Source: Opitutales bacterium
GTDB taxonomy: Bacteria; Verrucomicrobiota; Verrucomicrobiia; Opitutales; UBA2987
DNA length: 64,000 nucleotides
Direction of reading: 5' to 3'
NCBI GenBank assembly: GCA_965226885.1
Contig: CBDDEL010000017.1
Span: forward strand, 768,001-832,000
In this document: one piece after another, positions 10,966-20,991 of the stretch
How positions within the stretch are numbered: the stretch's first letter is position 1
Layout: each line of letters starts with the position of its first letter
Notes under the pieces: model-generated
Database searches by the model: none
What the model was told of the DNA's origin: nothing
What the model saw: the letters and a program-made list of their open reading frames with translations, nothing else
Translations under genes and position numbers: made by a program

Positions 10966-11767
10966 GGTAGTGTATAAAAAAAGAATGTTATTTTGTATTT
11001 TTAGCTGTACAAATAGCGTTAGGCAGTTTATTCTTAGTGCATGGTTACTAAAATTATTAATTGTCGGCACTGTGGAAGTGAAAATATCATTAAATTTGGC
11101 AAGACGCCCAACCATAAACAGCGCTACCGCTGCCATGATTGTGGTAAACAAAGCCGCGAAAACCCCACAGTGAAATACACCGAAGAGCAAAAAGAAATGA
11201 TCCTTCGAGTCTATCAGGAACGCAGCAGTCTACGCGGTTTACAGCGCGCCTTCGGGGTGAGTCCCAACACCGTTTTGAGTTGGTTAAAAAAAACGACAAT
11301 CGCTGCGATCGCTCAAAAGCACGATTCTTGCGGCCCGCCGTCATGATGTCATTGAACTGGACGAACTGTGGTCTTTTGTGGGGCGCAAGAGCGATGCCCA
11401 ATGGGTTTGGATCGCTCTTTGCCGACGCACCCGTCAAATCCTCTCCTATGCCATTGGGCCTCGGGATTGGTATCGTTGTCGGGAACTTTACGAGCGCCTG
11501 CCACGGGCCTACAAAAGATGTGCCACCTACAGCGACTTTTGGTCCACTTATGATGAAGTCTTTCCTCATAACCGATCCGTGGGAAAAGAAACCGGTGAAA
11601 CGGCCCATGTGGAACGATGGAACAATACCCTGCGCCAACGACTGGGTCGTTTCACACGCAAAACCCTCTCCTTTTCCAAGCTTAAGAGTATGCATGAAAC
11701 CTGTCTGAGACTTTTCATTCATCAATATAATCAAGAATTAGCCACCATTCCTACTTAATACACTACC
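10966..11767 (+). mobile_element. IS1-family element
   Basis: 802 bp, TSD CATTTTAA. Confidence 0.93.
11041..11758 (+). CDS. IS1 transposase InsA/InsB (frameshifted)
   Basis: Near-identical to the other IS1 copies. Confidence 0.88.
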
Positions 11768-12003
11768 CATTTTAAATACAATCTCCTTCCCTTTGATGCC
11801 AGTTTTATAAAAGTTCCATTAACTGGATCTGCTGCACCAAGATGATGACCTCTCTCATCATATACTTCTATTTCACCATGTAATCCGTCCCATGTATAGA
11901 ATCTCTTTCCATCATTACTTCTCCATACTTTTTTATTTTTCACTACCTTCACCGACACCAAGTTGTCCAAGTAACATGGCTTCGGTCGTGGTGTATATGT
12001 CAT
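11755..12003 (-). CDS. Standalone colicin E3/pyocin S6-type cytotoxic RNase domain (78 aa native, +4 aa from IS1)
   Basis: KRFYTWDGLHGEIEVYDERGHHLGAADPVNG matches the colicin E3 YEWDSQHGELEGY..G.HLG..DP.TG motif; D/H/E catalytic residues present. Confidence 0.82.
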   Translation of the reverse strand: MTYTPRPKPCYLDNLVSVKVVKNKKVWRSNDGKRFYTWDGLHGEIEVYDERGHHLGAADPVNGTFIKLASKGRRLYLKWVVY

Positions 12004-12155
12004 ATATTAGCACTTTAAATATTCCCAAGATTCCAGTTTAGGTTTAGATAACCTTGCTTTATTTAATATTGGTTGTCAATAGATAAGAACTGATTTCAAA
12101 AAGGACATGTCGGTCTTTTTGATTTTTATCGTTATTTTTTTTAAACTTGTTATTT

Positions 12156-12268
12156 CCTGCGGTCTCTACCGCAGGGAGGTGACTGAAGGGAAAGTTTGAA
12201 AACCGTAGGTTTTCATGGGGCATGTGGCTTTTCTGACCTCACATACCCTGTGGTCTCTGCCACAGGGT
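12156..12268. repeat. Pair of REP/IS200-like hairpins
   Basis: CCTGCGGT-CTCT-ACCGCAGG (12156-12175) and ACCCTGTGGT-CTCT-GCCACAGGGT (12245-12268). Confidence 0.65.
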
Positions 12269-12285
12269 TCTTGATTAAATTGGAT

Positions 12286-13473
12286 TTAATCGGGCAATAT
12301 TTTGAAGAAGGTTCTTTTGCCGGCTTGGAGGGTGGTTTTTTGGTTGGGTTGGGGGCGTGATAGGGTTTGTTGGGGGTCTTCGGTGCGTTGGGTGTCAACT
12401 TTTACGGCTCCTTGCTGGATGAGGCGGCGGGCTTCTTTTTTGCTGGGGAAGAGGTTGGTGGCGGCCATGAGGTTGAGGAGGGTGTCCTCTTCTTTATCGG
12501 TTAGGTCGCTCCATCGAAAGGCGGGCATGTCGTCGCGGGTTTGGCGGCGGGTGAAGACTTTTTCGAATTGCTCCCTTTCGTGGCGGCCGGTCGCTTCGTC
12601 GTAGAGTTTGGCCGTCATTTCCTGGGCGAGGTTTTTTTTGGCTACCATGGGGTGCCCGGTGGCGAGGCTTTTAAATTGTTCCTTGGAAGCGAGAAGGAGG
12701 AGGCGGTGGTATTCGCCCATGGCCTCGTCGCTGACGGACATGATTTTGCCGAAGATGTCTTTGGGGCTGTCGTTGAAGGCGATGTAGTTTTCCATGCTTT
12801 TGGACATTTTTTTGACTCCGTCGAGGCCGACGAGGAGGGGCATGGTGAGGACGATTTGCCCTGGTTTGCCTTCGGTTTTTTGCAGGTTGCGGCCCACCAG
12901 CATGTTGAAGAGCTGGTCCGTGCCGCCCAGTTCGATATCGGCCTCGATGGCGAGTGAGTCGTAGCCTTGCACCAGCGGGTAGAGAAATTCGATGATCGAG
13001 ATGGGGGTGTTGTCCTTGTAGCGTTTGGCGAAATCGTCCCGCTCGAGCATGCGCGCGACCGTCATCCTGCGGGAGAGGGCGAGGGCGTCCTGGAAGGTCA
13101 TTTTCGTGAACCACTCGCTGTTATGGCGAACGGTGGTTTTGTCTTTATCGAGAATTTTGAAAGCCTGATCGAGGTAGGTGCGGGAGTTTTCCGCGATTTC
13201 CTCCTTGGTCAGAACGGGGCGGATGGCGGAGCGCCCCGAGGGGTCGCCGATCCAGGTGGTGAAATCGCCGATGATGAGAATGGCCTCGTGCCCCAGGTCC
13301 TGGAATTGCCGCAGTTTGTTAAAAACCACCATGTGCCCGAGAGTGAGATCGGGCCGGGTGGGATCGATCCCCAGTTTGACCTTCAGCGGGCGATCCTGGC
13401 CGAGCCGCTCTTGCAGGTCTAGCAGGCTGATGATGTCCACGGTGTTGCTTTGGATGGTTTCGAGGGGCGTCAT
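12286..13473 (-). CDS. tyrS: Tyrosine--tRNA ligase
   Basis: KLGIDPT..DLTLGH, YPLVQGYD, ELGGTDQLFN, KMSKS, C-terminal S4 domain. Confidence 0.97.
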   Translation of the reverse strand: MTPLETIQSNTVDIISLLDLQERLGQDRPLKVKLGIDPTRPDLTLGHMVVFNKLRQFQDLGHEAILIIGDFTTWIGDPSGRSAIRPVLTKEEIAENSRTYLDQAFKILDKDKTTVRHNSEWFTKMTFQDALALSRRMTVARMLERDDFAKRYKDNTPISIIEFLYPLVQGYDSLAIEADIELGGTDQLFNMLVGRNLQKTEGKPGQIVLTMPLLVGLDGVKKMSKSMENYIAFNDSPKDIFGKIMSVSDEAMGEYHRLLLLASKEQFKSLATGHPMVAKKNLAQEMTAKLYDEATGRHEREQFEKVFTRRQTRDDMPAFRWSDLTDKEEDTLLNLMAATNLFPSKKEARRLIQQGAVKVDTQRTEDPQQTLSRPQPNQKTTLQAGKRTFFKILPD

Positions 13474-13485
13474 GGGGAAGGAGGA

Positions 13486-13555
13486 GGTTTCAGGTGTCAG
13501 GTTTCAGGATGCTGGATGCTGGTTGCTGGATGCTGGTTGCTGGATGCTGGATGGC
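13486..13555 (+). repeat. Ten imperfect heptamer tandem repeats (GGTTTCA-type x3, GG[A/T]TGCT-type x7)
   Basis: Read directly from the sequence immediately upstream of tyrS. Confidence 0.85.
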
Positions 13556-13732
13556 ATTGAACTTTCATAGAGGCCATTGCGCTGTTTGAGTAAAGGATAA
13601 TCGATTGCGGCTCCAGATCAAAAAATTTCAATGCCGGAAAATTCGTTCTCTGGACGACCGATTTCGATTGCCGTGGAGGGCGATGGCGCTCATTTTATGG
13701 GGTTTACACTAATTCAATAACAAGGAACTACT

Positions 13733-14209
13733 ATGGCACTGGAAACTGGACAAAAAGCACCTGATTTCACTCTTAAAACGAAAACGGCCGATGGTTTGGA
13801 GGACGTCACCCTGAGCGCCAACTTTGGCTCGAAGCAGACCGTTCTGCTCTTCTTTCCCCTCGCATTCACCGAGGTTTGCACCGACGAGATGTGCAGCGTG
13901 AGCGGGGCCCTGGACGATTATGCGGCGCTCGAGGCGGCCGTTTACGGCATCAGCGTGGATAGCCCATTTGCGCAGGAGGGCTGGGCCCAGGCCAACAACA
14001 TATCGGTCACCCTGTTGAGCGATTTCAACAAAGAGGCGGCGACCGCCTACGATGTTCTTTACGAGGACCTGATCGGGCTCAAAGGCGTCGCCAAACGCTC
14101 GGCTTTCGTCATCAACAAGGAGGGCGGCATCGTTTATAGCTGGTCCTCCGATGACCCTCACAACCTGCCAACCTTTGACGAAATAAAAGCGGCCCTGGGC
14201 GGCTCCTGA
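13733..14209 (+). CDS. Peroxiredoxin (AhpC/TSA family)
   Basis: APDFTL, FFPLAFTEVCTDEMC, GISVDS, LLSDFN, KRSAFVI. Confidence 0.92.
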   Translation: MALETGQKAPDFTLKTKTADGLEDVTLSANFGSKQTVLLFFPLAFTEVCTDEMCSVSGALDDYAALEAAVYGISVDSPFAQEGWAQANNISVTLLSDFNKEAATAYDVLYEDLIGLKGVAKRSAFVINKEGGIVYSWSSDDPHNLPTFDEIKAALGGS

Positions 14210-14305
14210 TCGGCTGGAGGCGCAATCGGTTTCAGGTTGCAATATTCATGCAATCAAATCTCTCCTATTATTAAATTAAACCAGGAGTTGAAAAACGAAT
14301 ATTAA

Positions 14306-17035
14306 TTGATGAGCGATCTCAATTTGAACAATCCCTTTAACAGCCTGCGGGAATTCAAGAACGGCTTCCTCTACTCTTTGCCCGCTTTGGAAGAAGCCGG
14401 TCTGGGGGCCATCTCGCGAATGCCCGTCAGTTTGCGTATTGTGCTGGAATCCGTTCTGCGTAATTGCGACGGGCGGACGATTCGGGAAGAGGACATCAAG
14501 ACGCTGGCCGGCTGGCGGGCGGTTGAACCCTCCCCGGCGGAAATACCCTTTGTCGTCTCCCGTATCGTCTTGCAGGATTTTACGGGGGTGCCCCTCCTCG
14601 TCGATCTGGCGGCCATGCGGGACGCGGTCCAGAAAATCGGCGGCGATCCTTTGTTGATCGAGCCCCTGGTGCCGGTCGATCTGGTGGTGGACCACTCGGT
14701 GCAGGTCGATCGCTCGGGGACGGCGGCCGCTTTTGAGCAAAACCTGGAAATCGAGTTCGAGCGCAACCGGGAGCGCTACCAATTCCTCAAATGGGGGCAG
14801 CAAGCCTTTAAAACGGTCAGCATAGTGCCTCCGGCCATCGGCATCGTGCACCAGATCAACCTCGAATACCTGGCCAAGGTGGTTTTTGAAAAAGCGGCTG
14901 GTTCGAGCAGCATTTTTTACCCGGACACCCTGGTGGGGACGGATTCGCACACCACCATGATCAACGGCCTGGGGGTGGTCGGCTGGGGCGTTGGCGGCAT
15001 CGAGGCGGAAGCCGGTATGCTAGGCCAACCCGTTTATTTCCTCACCCCTGAGGTGATCGGGGTGCACCTGACGGGAGAACTGCGCGAAGGAGTCACCGCC
15101 ACCGACCTGGCTTTGCGGGCCACCCAGATGCTGCGGGAAGAAAAAGTGGTCGGCAAATTCGTCGAGTTTTACGGGGAAGGAGCGGCCAACCTGACCCTGG
15201 CCGACCGGGCCACCATGGCCAATATGGCGCCTGAATACGGGGCCACCATGGGGTTTTTCCCGGTGGACGAGAAAACCCTCGATTATTTGCGCATGACCGG
15301 TCGTTCCGAGGAGCGGCTGGATTTGATCCGCGATTATTTTGAAGCCCAGAAAATGTTTGGCATTCCGCGTCAAGGGGAAGTGGATTACAGCAAGAGCCTG
15401 GAACTCGACCTGGCCTCCATCGTGCCCAGTGTGGCCGGTCCCCGCAGACCGCAGGACAGGATCGACATGCCGGAGCTTAAAAACACTTTTTTGAGCCAAT
15501 TGGGGAAAGAGGAAAGCGCCGGAGGTTTCGGGCTGGCGGCGGACCAGTTGAGCCGGAAAATCAACCTCGGCGACAACGGCAATGGCGGAAATGGCCACAA
15601 CCCCGCCATCGGGCACGGCTCCGTGCTCATCGCGGCCATTACCAGCTGCACCAACACGAGCAATCCCAGTGTCATGATGGCCGCCGGGCTGCTGGCCAAA
15701 AAAGCGGTCGAGCGGGGCCTGCGGGTCAACCCATCGGTCAAAACCAGCCTGGCCCCCGGTTCGCGGGTGGTCACCGATTACCTGGCCAAAACGGGCCTGC
15801 AACCCTATCTGGACCAACTGGGGTTCAACCTCGTCGGCTATGGGTGCACTACTTGTATCGGCAACAGCGGCCCCCTCGACGAAGAGATCGAAAGGGCCTT
15901 GAAAACCGGCAACCTGGTGGCGGCCAGCGTGCTCTCCGGCAATCGCAATTTTGAGGCCCGTGTGCACTCCTCGATACGGGCTAATTACCTCATGTCTCCC
16001 CCTCTGGTGGTAGCTTTCGCCCTGGCGGGGAGGGTGGACATCAATCTTGAGAACGAACCTCTAGGCGAGGACGAAGTGGGAAATCCGGTTTATTTGAGAG
16101 ACTTATGGCCCTCGCAGGCCGAAGTGCAGGAAAAGATAGCCTCCGGCCTCACGCCGGAGATGTATGTTCGCCAGTATGCCGACATTCTGGAGGCCAATCC
16201 GAGTTGGGCTGCCATCGAGTCATCCACGGGGGCGCTCTACTCCTGGGACGAAAAGAGCACCTACATTCAAATTCCACCTTTTTTCGATGAATTTTCCATG
16301 CAGCCCGGCGCCATTGGGAAAATGGAAGGGATGAGGGCTCTGGCCCTGGTGGGCGATTCCGTCACTACCGACCATATTTCGCCGGCGGGGGCCATTCCGG
16401 CCGACGGGCCGGCCGGGAAATACCTGGTGGCGGCCGGTATCGAGCGGAAAAATTTTAATTCCTTCGGTTCCCGGCGGGGCAATGACCGGGTTATGACCCG
16501 GGGCACTTTCGCCAATGTGCGGTTCAAGAACCTTATGGCCGACGGACGGGTGGGCGGTTGGACCAAGCTGATGCCGGAGGGATATTTGGTTCATATTTAC
16601 GACGCCTGCCAGATATATGCGCAGAGGAAGGTGCCCTTGATCGTGTTTACGGGCCATGATTACGGGATGGGCAGCTCCCGCGATTGGGCGGCCAAAGGGT
16701 CGGCCTTGCTGGGAGTTCGCGCCGTGGCGGCCAGTTCCTTCGAGCGCATCCACCGCAGCAACCTGATCGGGATGGGCGTTCTCCCCTTGCAGTTTGAGGA
16801 AGGGCAGACCCATCAAAGCCTGGGCCTCGACGGGTCGGAAACTTTCTCCCTGCGAGGGCTGGGGGCGGACCCGCGGCCACGGCAGGAGGTTGTCCTGGAA
16901 ATCACTCGCGGGACGGGGGAAACCGAGTCCGTTTTCATGACCGCCTGTCTGGATACTCCGATTGAGATCGAATATTATCGACATGGAGGCATTCTTCCCT
17001 ATGTTTTAAGGAGTATCTTAGGTTCTGTAGGTTAA
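14306..17035 (+). CDS. acnA: Aconitate hydratase A
   Basis: [47 protein letters not shown]. Confidence 0.97.
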   Translation: MMSDLNLNNPFNSLREFKNGFLYSLPALEEAGLGAISRMPVSLRIVLESVLRNCDGRTIREEDIKTLAGWRAVEPSPAEIPFVVSRIVLQDFTGVPLLVDLAAMRDAVQKIGGDPLLIEPLVPVDLVVDHSVQVDRSGTAAAFEQNLEIEFERNRERYQFLKWGQQAFKTVSIVPPAIGIVHQINLEYLAKVVFEKAAGSSSIFYPDTLVGTDSHTTMINGLGVVGWGVGGIEAEAGMLGQPVYFLTPEVIGVHLTGELREGVTATDLALRATQMLREEKVVGKFVEFYGEGAANLTLADRATMANMAPEYGATMGFFPVDEKTLDYLRMTGRSEERLDLIRDYFEAQKMFGIPRQGEVDYSKSLELDLASIVPSVAGPRRPQDRIDMPELKNTFLSQLGKEESAGGFGLAADQLSRKINLGDNGNGGNGHNPAIGHGSVLIAAITSCTNTSNPSVMMAAGLLAKKAVERGLRVNPSVKTSLAPGSRVVTDYLAKTGLQPYLDQLGFNLVGYGCTTCIGNSGPLDEEIERALKTGNLVAASVLSGNRNFEARVHSSIRANYLMSPPLVVAFALAGRVDINLENEPLGEDEVGNPVYLRDLWPSQAEVQEKIASGLTPEMYVRQYADILEANPSWAAIESSTGALYSWDEKSTYIQIPPFFDEFSMQPGAIGKMEGMRALALVGDSVTTDHISPAGAIPADGPAGKYLVAAGIERKNFNSFGSRRGNDRVMTRGTFANVRFKNLMADGRVGGWTKLMPEGYLVHIYDACQIYAQRKVPLIVFTGHDYGMGSSRDWAAKGSALLGVRAVAASSFERIHRSNLIGMGVLPLQFEEGQTHQSLGLDGSETFSLRGLGADPRPRQEVVLEITRGTGETESVFMTACLDTPIEIEYYRHGGILPYVLRSILGSVG

Positions 17036-17045
17036 TGCTCTGCTC

Positions 17046-17555
17046 ATGCCCCTGAACAAGGAATCGGTCTTTCTCGTAAAGACCTATGTCGAGCCCATTG
17101 TGGTAAAAATCAATGGACGGGCCAGCTACCTCAATTCCGCTCCGGTGAGCGATTTTTTTGCTCGCATGATCAAGGGCGGGAAGAAAAGCTTTGTCGTCGA
17201 TTTTAAAGATTGCCAAACCATGGACAGCACATTTATGGGCATTATCGCGGGAGTGGCGCTCGATGTTGGCAAAATGCGGCCGGCCGGCAGCGTCTCTCTA
17301 TGCCGATTGTCGAGGCGAAACCTCGAACTGGTGCGCAATCTCGGTTTGCACCGGATCGTCAATGTCGATTCGGGGGAATTCCCGATGGATTTCGGGAGTC
17401 CGGAGGAAAAGCTCAATCCGGTGAACCACAAAGAGATCGAAAATGCCAAACTCATCCTCCAGGCCCATGAAAACCTGATCGATATTGAGGAGAGCAACAA
17501 ATCCAAATTTCAGGACGTGGTTGATTTCTTAAAAAATCAGATCGATTCGGGATAA
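17046..17555 (+). CDS. STAS-domain anti-sigma factor antagonist
   Basis: VVDFKDCQTMDSTFMG phosphoacceptor motif. Confidence 0.85.
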   Translation: MPLNKESVFLVKTYVEPIVVKINGRASYLNSAPVSDFFARMIKGGKKSFVVDFKDCQTMDSTFMGIIAGVALDVGKMRPAGSVSLCRLSRRNLELVRNLGLHRIVNVDSGEFPMDFGSPEEKLNPVNHKEIENAKLILQAHENLIDIEESNKSKFQDVVDFLKNQIDSG

Positions 17556-17577
17556 TCCAAGTGTGCTGTAACCTAAA

Positions 17578-17767
17578 CCCCATTGTTTCATAAATTCAAT
17601 CAGATTCAAGACTGTGATCCGCATAAACAAAGGGACTAACGTGCAAAAAAGGTATATTGCTGAACTTCACAAAAAGTGAAGATACAAAAATGGATTGATA
17701 GAGCGTTATTATGGTTGTTTATGCCGCATTCAGAAGGTTTTTACTCAATATTTATGAAACAATGGGG
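17578..17767. mobile_element. 190-bp MITE, family B, copy 2
   Basis: Same sequence as 2486-2675; TSD TAAA. Confidence 0.9.
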
Positions 17768-17773
17768 TAAATA

Positions 17774-18071
17774 GAGGCTGTCCCAAAAACCCGAATTTTG
17801 CAAATTGAGATATTCGACTCCGAACTGTAAGGGAACGTAAGTCATTCAATTCCGGCAAAAACGCTGTATAAGGCCTCTATTCGTTATAAATATAATCGCG
17901 TCAGACAGAGGTCTATGGTAGAATTGTATTTGAATATGCAAAACAAGAGAAAGGCTGACGGTGTTATAGACATCGAAATTGCACAAAATCCCCTAAAAAC
18001 GGTCTTTATGACAGCTTTATAAACAAGTTAACTTACTGTAAAACAAATGGTTATAACTTTGGGACAGCCTC
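17774..18071 (+). mobile_element. 298-bp MITE, family A
   Basis: TIRs; 6-bp duplication TAAATA. Confidence 0.92.
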
Positions 18072-18105
18072 TAAATAGCATCACACTAGAATAAAGGATC
18101 AAATC

Positions 18106-19545
18106 ATGTGGTTGTTTTTACTGGGCCTGGCTCTGGGAGCGTTCGTGGGAGGGATATTCTACCTTTCCACCCGCCGTGAGATAAGCCGCCTGGATGAGCA
18201 ACGGCAGCTATTGCACCAGGAGCAACAGATCGTCCTCGAATTCATGCACAACATGGTGGAAGCCATTGGCGAGGGGGTGGATCGGACAGAACTTTTTAAA
18301 CGGGTGGTGCATACCGCAATACTCAGCACGGGGGCCTTGAGCGCCTGCGTCTTCGAGAAAAATGTCGATGGGCGCCTGCGTGGAGTCGTTGTCGAGGGGC
18401 TTTTCCCGCCCCAAAAACCACTACCCATGAGCACGGCCATGAAAATTACCACGCGCACCAAATTTATCGAACAAGTGCTGCGCTCCGAAGTGCTTGAGAT
18501 GGGTGAAGGGCTGGTCGGTGAAGTGGCCAAAACGGGGCAAGGCATGCTCATCGCGGACGCTGGTAAAGACCCGCGCATCATCCGTCACGACGACCCCTCG
18601 CTCACCGTTTGGTCCATTGTGCTGGTGCCGATCCGCTTCAAAGAGAAAAATCTTGGAGTTTTGGCGGTGGCCAATCCCGCTGATGGGCTGTCCTTCAACG
18701 AAACCGATTTTTCTCTCGTCGACTCGCTGGCGGAGCAGGCCGGACTGGCCATCCACAACGCGGACATCATGAATCTGCAGATCGAGAAAAACAAACTCGA
18801 CCTCGATCTGGCGTTGGCGAGCAACATTCAGAGGATGCTGCTGCCGAAAAATTTTCCCCAAAAGCCGGGTCTCGAAGTCGATGCCCGCTACCTGCCGGCC
18901 CAAAAGGTGGGGGGCGATCTGTATGATGTTTTTAGCGTTGGGCGCGATAAAATAGGCGTCGCCATCGCGGATGTATCCGGCAAGGGCATCCCCGCCTCCC
19001 TGCTCATGGCCATCTGCCAGAGTAATCTGCGCCATTTCGCTAAAAATTGTTCTTCACCCGCCCTGGTCCTTTCGCGGCTCAACGCCGTGCTCAACGAAGA
19101 AATGAGCAAGGATATGTTCGTCACCCTGGTATATGCCATCGTCGATCCCAAAAAGGATGAAATAATCATCGCCCGCGGCGGTCATGAATTGCCTCTATTG
19201 GGGCATAAAGACGAGAAAACGAATCTATTTCGCACCCACACCGTCGGTTCCGAGGGCATGGCCCTGGGCATGGTTCCGGCGAAGCTCTTCGAAGAAGTCA
19301 TCGAGGACAAAATAATAACGTTTCAAAAAGGCGATATATTTGTTTTATATACCGATGGAGTGACCGAGGCATCTAATTTTGACGGGACCGAATTCAGCGC
19401 CGAAAGACTGGCCGACCGCATTAAAGAGTTGCGCGCCCTAACTGCTTCGGATTTGAATCAAGGCATATTGGACAGCGTGGCCCGGTTTTCCGGTTCCAAT
19501 GGGCAAACCGACGATATCACACTAGTTACCGTGAAACATAGTTGA
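18106..19545 (+). CDS. GAF-domain SpoIIE/RsbU-type PP2C phosphatase
   Basis: N-terminal TM, GAF, VGGDLYD, IADVSGKG, YTDGVTEA, DDITLV. Confidence 0.92.
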   Translation: MWLFLLGLALGAFVGGIFYLSTRREISRLDEQRQLLHQEQQIVLEFMHNMVEAIGEGVDRTELFKRVVHTAILSTGALSACVFEKNVDGRLRGVVVEGLFPPQKPLPMSTAMKITTRTKFIEQVLRSEVLEMGEGLVGEVAKTGQGMLIADAGKDPRIIRHDDPSLTVWSIVLVPIRFKEKNLGVLAVANPADGLSFNETDFSLVDSLAEQAGLAIHNADIMNLQIEKNKLDLDLALASNIQRMLLPKNFPQKPGLEVDARYLPAQKVGGDLYDVFSVGRDKIGVAIADVSGKGIPASLLMAICQSNLRHFAKNCSSPALVLSRLNAVLNEEMSKDMFVTLVYAIVDPKKDEIIIARGGHELPLLGHKDEKTNLFRTHTVGSEGMALGMVPAKLFEEVIEDKIITFQKGDIFVLYTDGVTEASNFDGTEFSAERLADRIKELRALTASDLNQGILDSVARFSGSNGQTDDITLVTVKHS

Positions 19546-19758
19546 AGATGGCTCCCGGCGCCTTAAAAATGGAGCCCTTCCGGCAATTCTTGCGGCCGGA
19601 TGCGAAATACATGATACATGATACTGGATGCAGGATTCTGTCTCCTATCCTTTGTCACCAGTTGTTAGGTCTCGACAAATCCATCGTGCATCACGTATCC
19701 TGCATCATTTAATTCATCGTTCCCCATAAAAACTGCTGAGGGGCCAAAAATAAAAAAA

Positions 19759-20991
19759 ATGCCCATAATTTCGGAAAAATCCACCATCGACCGGTTCTCA
19801 CTGCCCGACGATCGAGGTCATTTCGGCCCTTACGGCGGCATGTACGTGCCGGAAACCTTGATGACGGCGTTGTATGAATTGCAGGAAGCCTATGAGGAAG
19901 CCCGCTCGGATCCCGCCTTCGCCCAGGAATTGCAAAAACATTTAAAGGAATACGCCGGACGGCCCACCGAACTTTTCCATGCCCGCCATCTCAGCGAGCG
20001 CTTGGGTGGGGCCAAAATTTACCTCAAACGCGAAGACCTGCTTCATACCGGGGCGCACAAGATAAACAATTGCCTGGGCCAGGCGCTGCTCGCCCGGAGG
20101 ATGGGTAAAACACGCATCATCGCGGAAACGGGGGCTGGCCAGCATGGAGTGGCAACGGCGGCGGTCTGCGCCAAATTCGGCCTCCAATGCGTCATCTATA
20201 TGGGCTCCGTGGATATGGAGCGGCAGTCCCTCAATGTATTCCGTATGCGTCTTTGCGGGGCCGAAGTGCGGGCCGTCGATGCGGGGCAAAAAACTCTCAA
20301 AGAGGCCATCAACGAAGCCATGCGGGACTGGGTCACAAATATCCGCCACACCCATTACATCCTCGGCTCCGCGCTTGGCTGTCACCCGTATCCCATGATG
20401 GTGCGCAATTTTCACCGCGTTATCGGGCAGGAAACGCGCCGTCAGATACTCGAATACGAGGATTCACTGCCCCATGAAATGGTCGCCTGCGTGGGCGGTG
20501 GCAGCAACGCCATCGGTTTTTTCTGGGATTTTCTGGAAGACGAAACCGTTCAACTGGTGGGGGTTGAAGCCGGTGGGCGCGGCACCGGCACCGGCCGCCA
20601 TGCGGCCCGGTTTGCGGGGGGGCGAATCGGCATTTTGCACGGTTGCAAAACCTGGATATTGCAGAATCCCGACGGCCAGATAGAACCCACTCATTCCGTT
20701 TCGGCGGGGCTGGATTATGCCGCAGTCGGCCCCGAACATGCTTTTTATTACGATCGGGGCCGCATCAAATTCTGCAGCGCCACCGATGAAGAAGCCCTCG
20801 AAGCTTTTCAGATGCTCTCCTCCACGGAGGGGATTATTCCGGCGCTGGAATCCTCCCACGCGTTGGCCTACGCCATGAAACGCGCTCCGCAAATGTCTTC
20901 CGATCATATCATGTGCCTTAATTTAAGCGGACGGGGTGACAAGGATGTCGAGCAGGCGGAAAAAATTTTAACTTCCAGGATCAAGAAATGA
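19759..20991 (+). CDS. trpB: Tryptophan synthase beta chain
   Basis: [41 protein letters not shown]. Confidence 0.97.
   Translation: MPIISEKSTIDRFSLPDDRGHFGPYGGMYVPETLMTALYELQEAYEEARSDPAFAQELQKHLKEYAGRPTELFHARHLSERLGGAKIYLKREDLLHTGAHKINNCLGQALLARRMGKTRIIAETGAGQHGVATAAVCAKFGLQCVIYMGSVDMERQSLNVFRMRLCGAEVRAVDAGQKTLKEAINEAMRDWVTNIRHTHYILGSALGCHPYPMMVRNFHRVIGQETRRQILEYEDSLPHEMVACVGGGSNAIGFFWDFLEDETVQLVGVEAGGRGTGTGRHAARFAGGRIGILHGCKTWILQNPDGQIEPTHSVSAGLDYAAVGPEHAFYYDRGRIKFCSATDEEALEAFQMLSSTEGIIPALESSHALAYAMKRAPQMSSDHIMCLNLSGRGDKDVEQAEKILTSRIKK

Noticed and set aside
13486..13555. CRISPR array
   Set aside because: 7-bp units with no spacers and no cas genes
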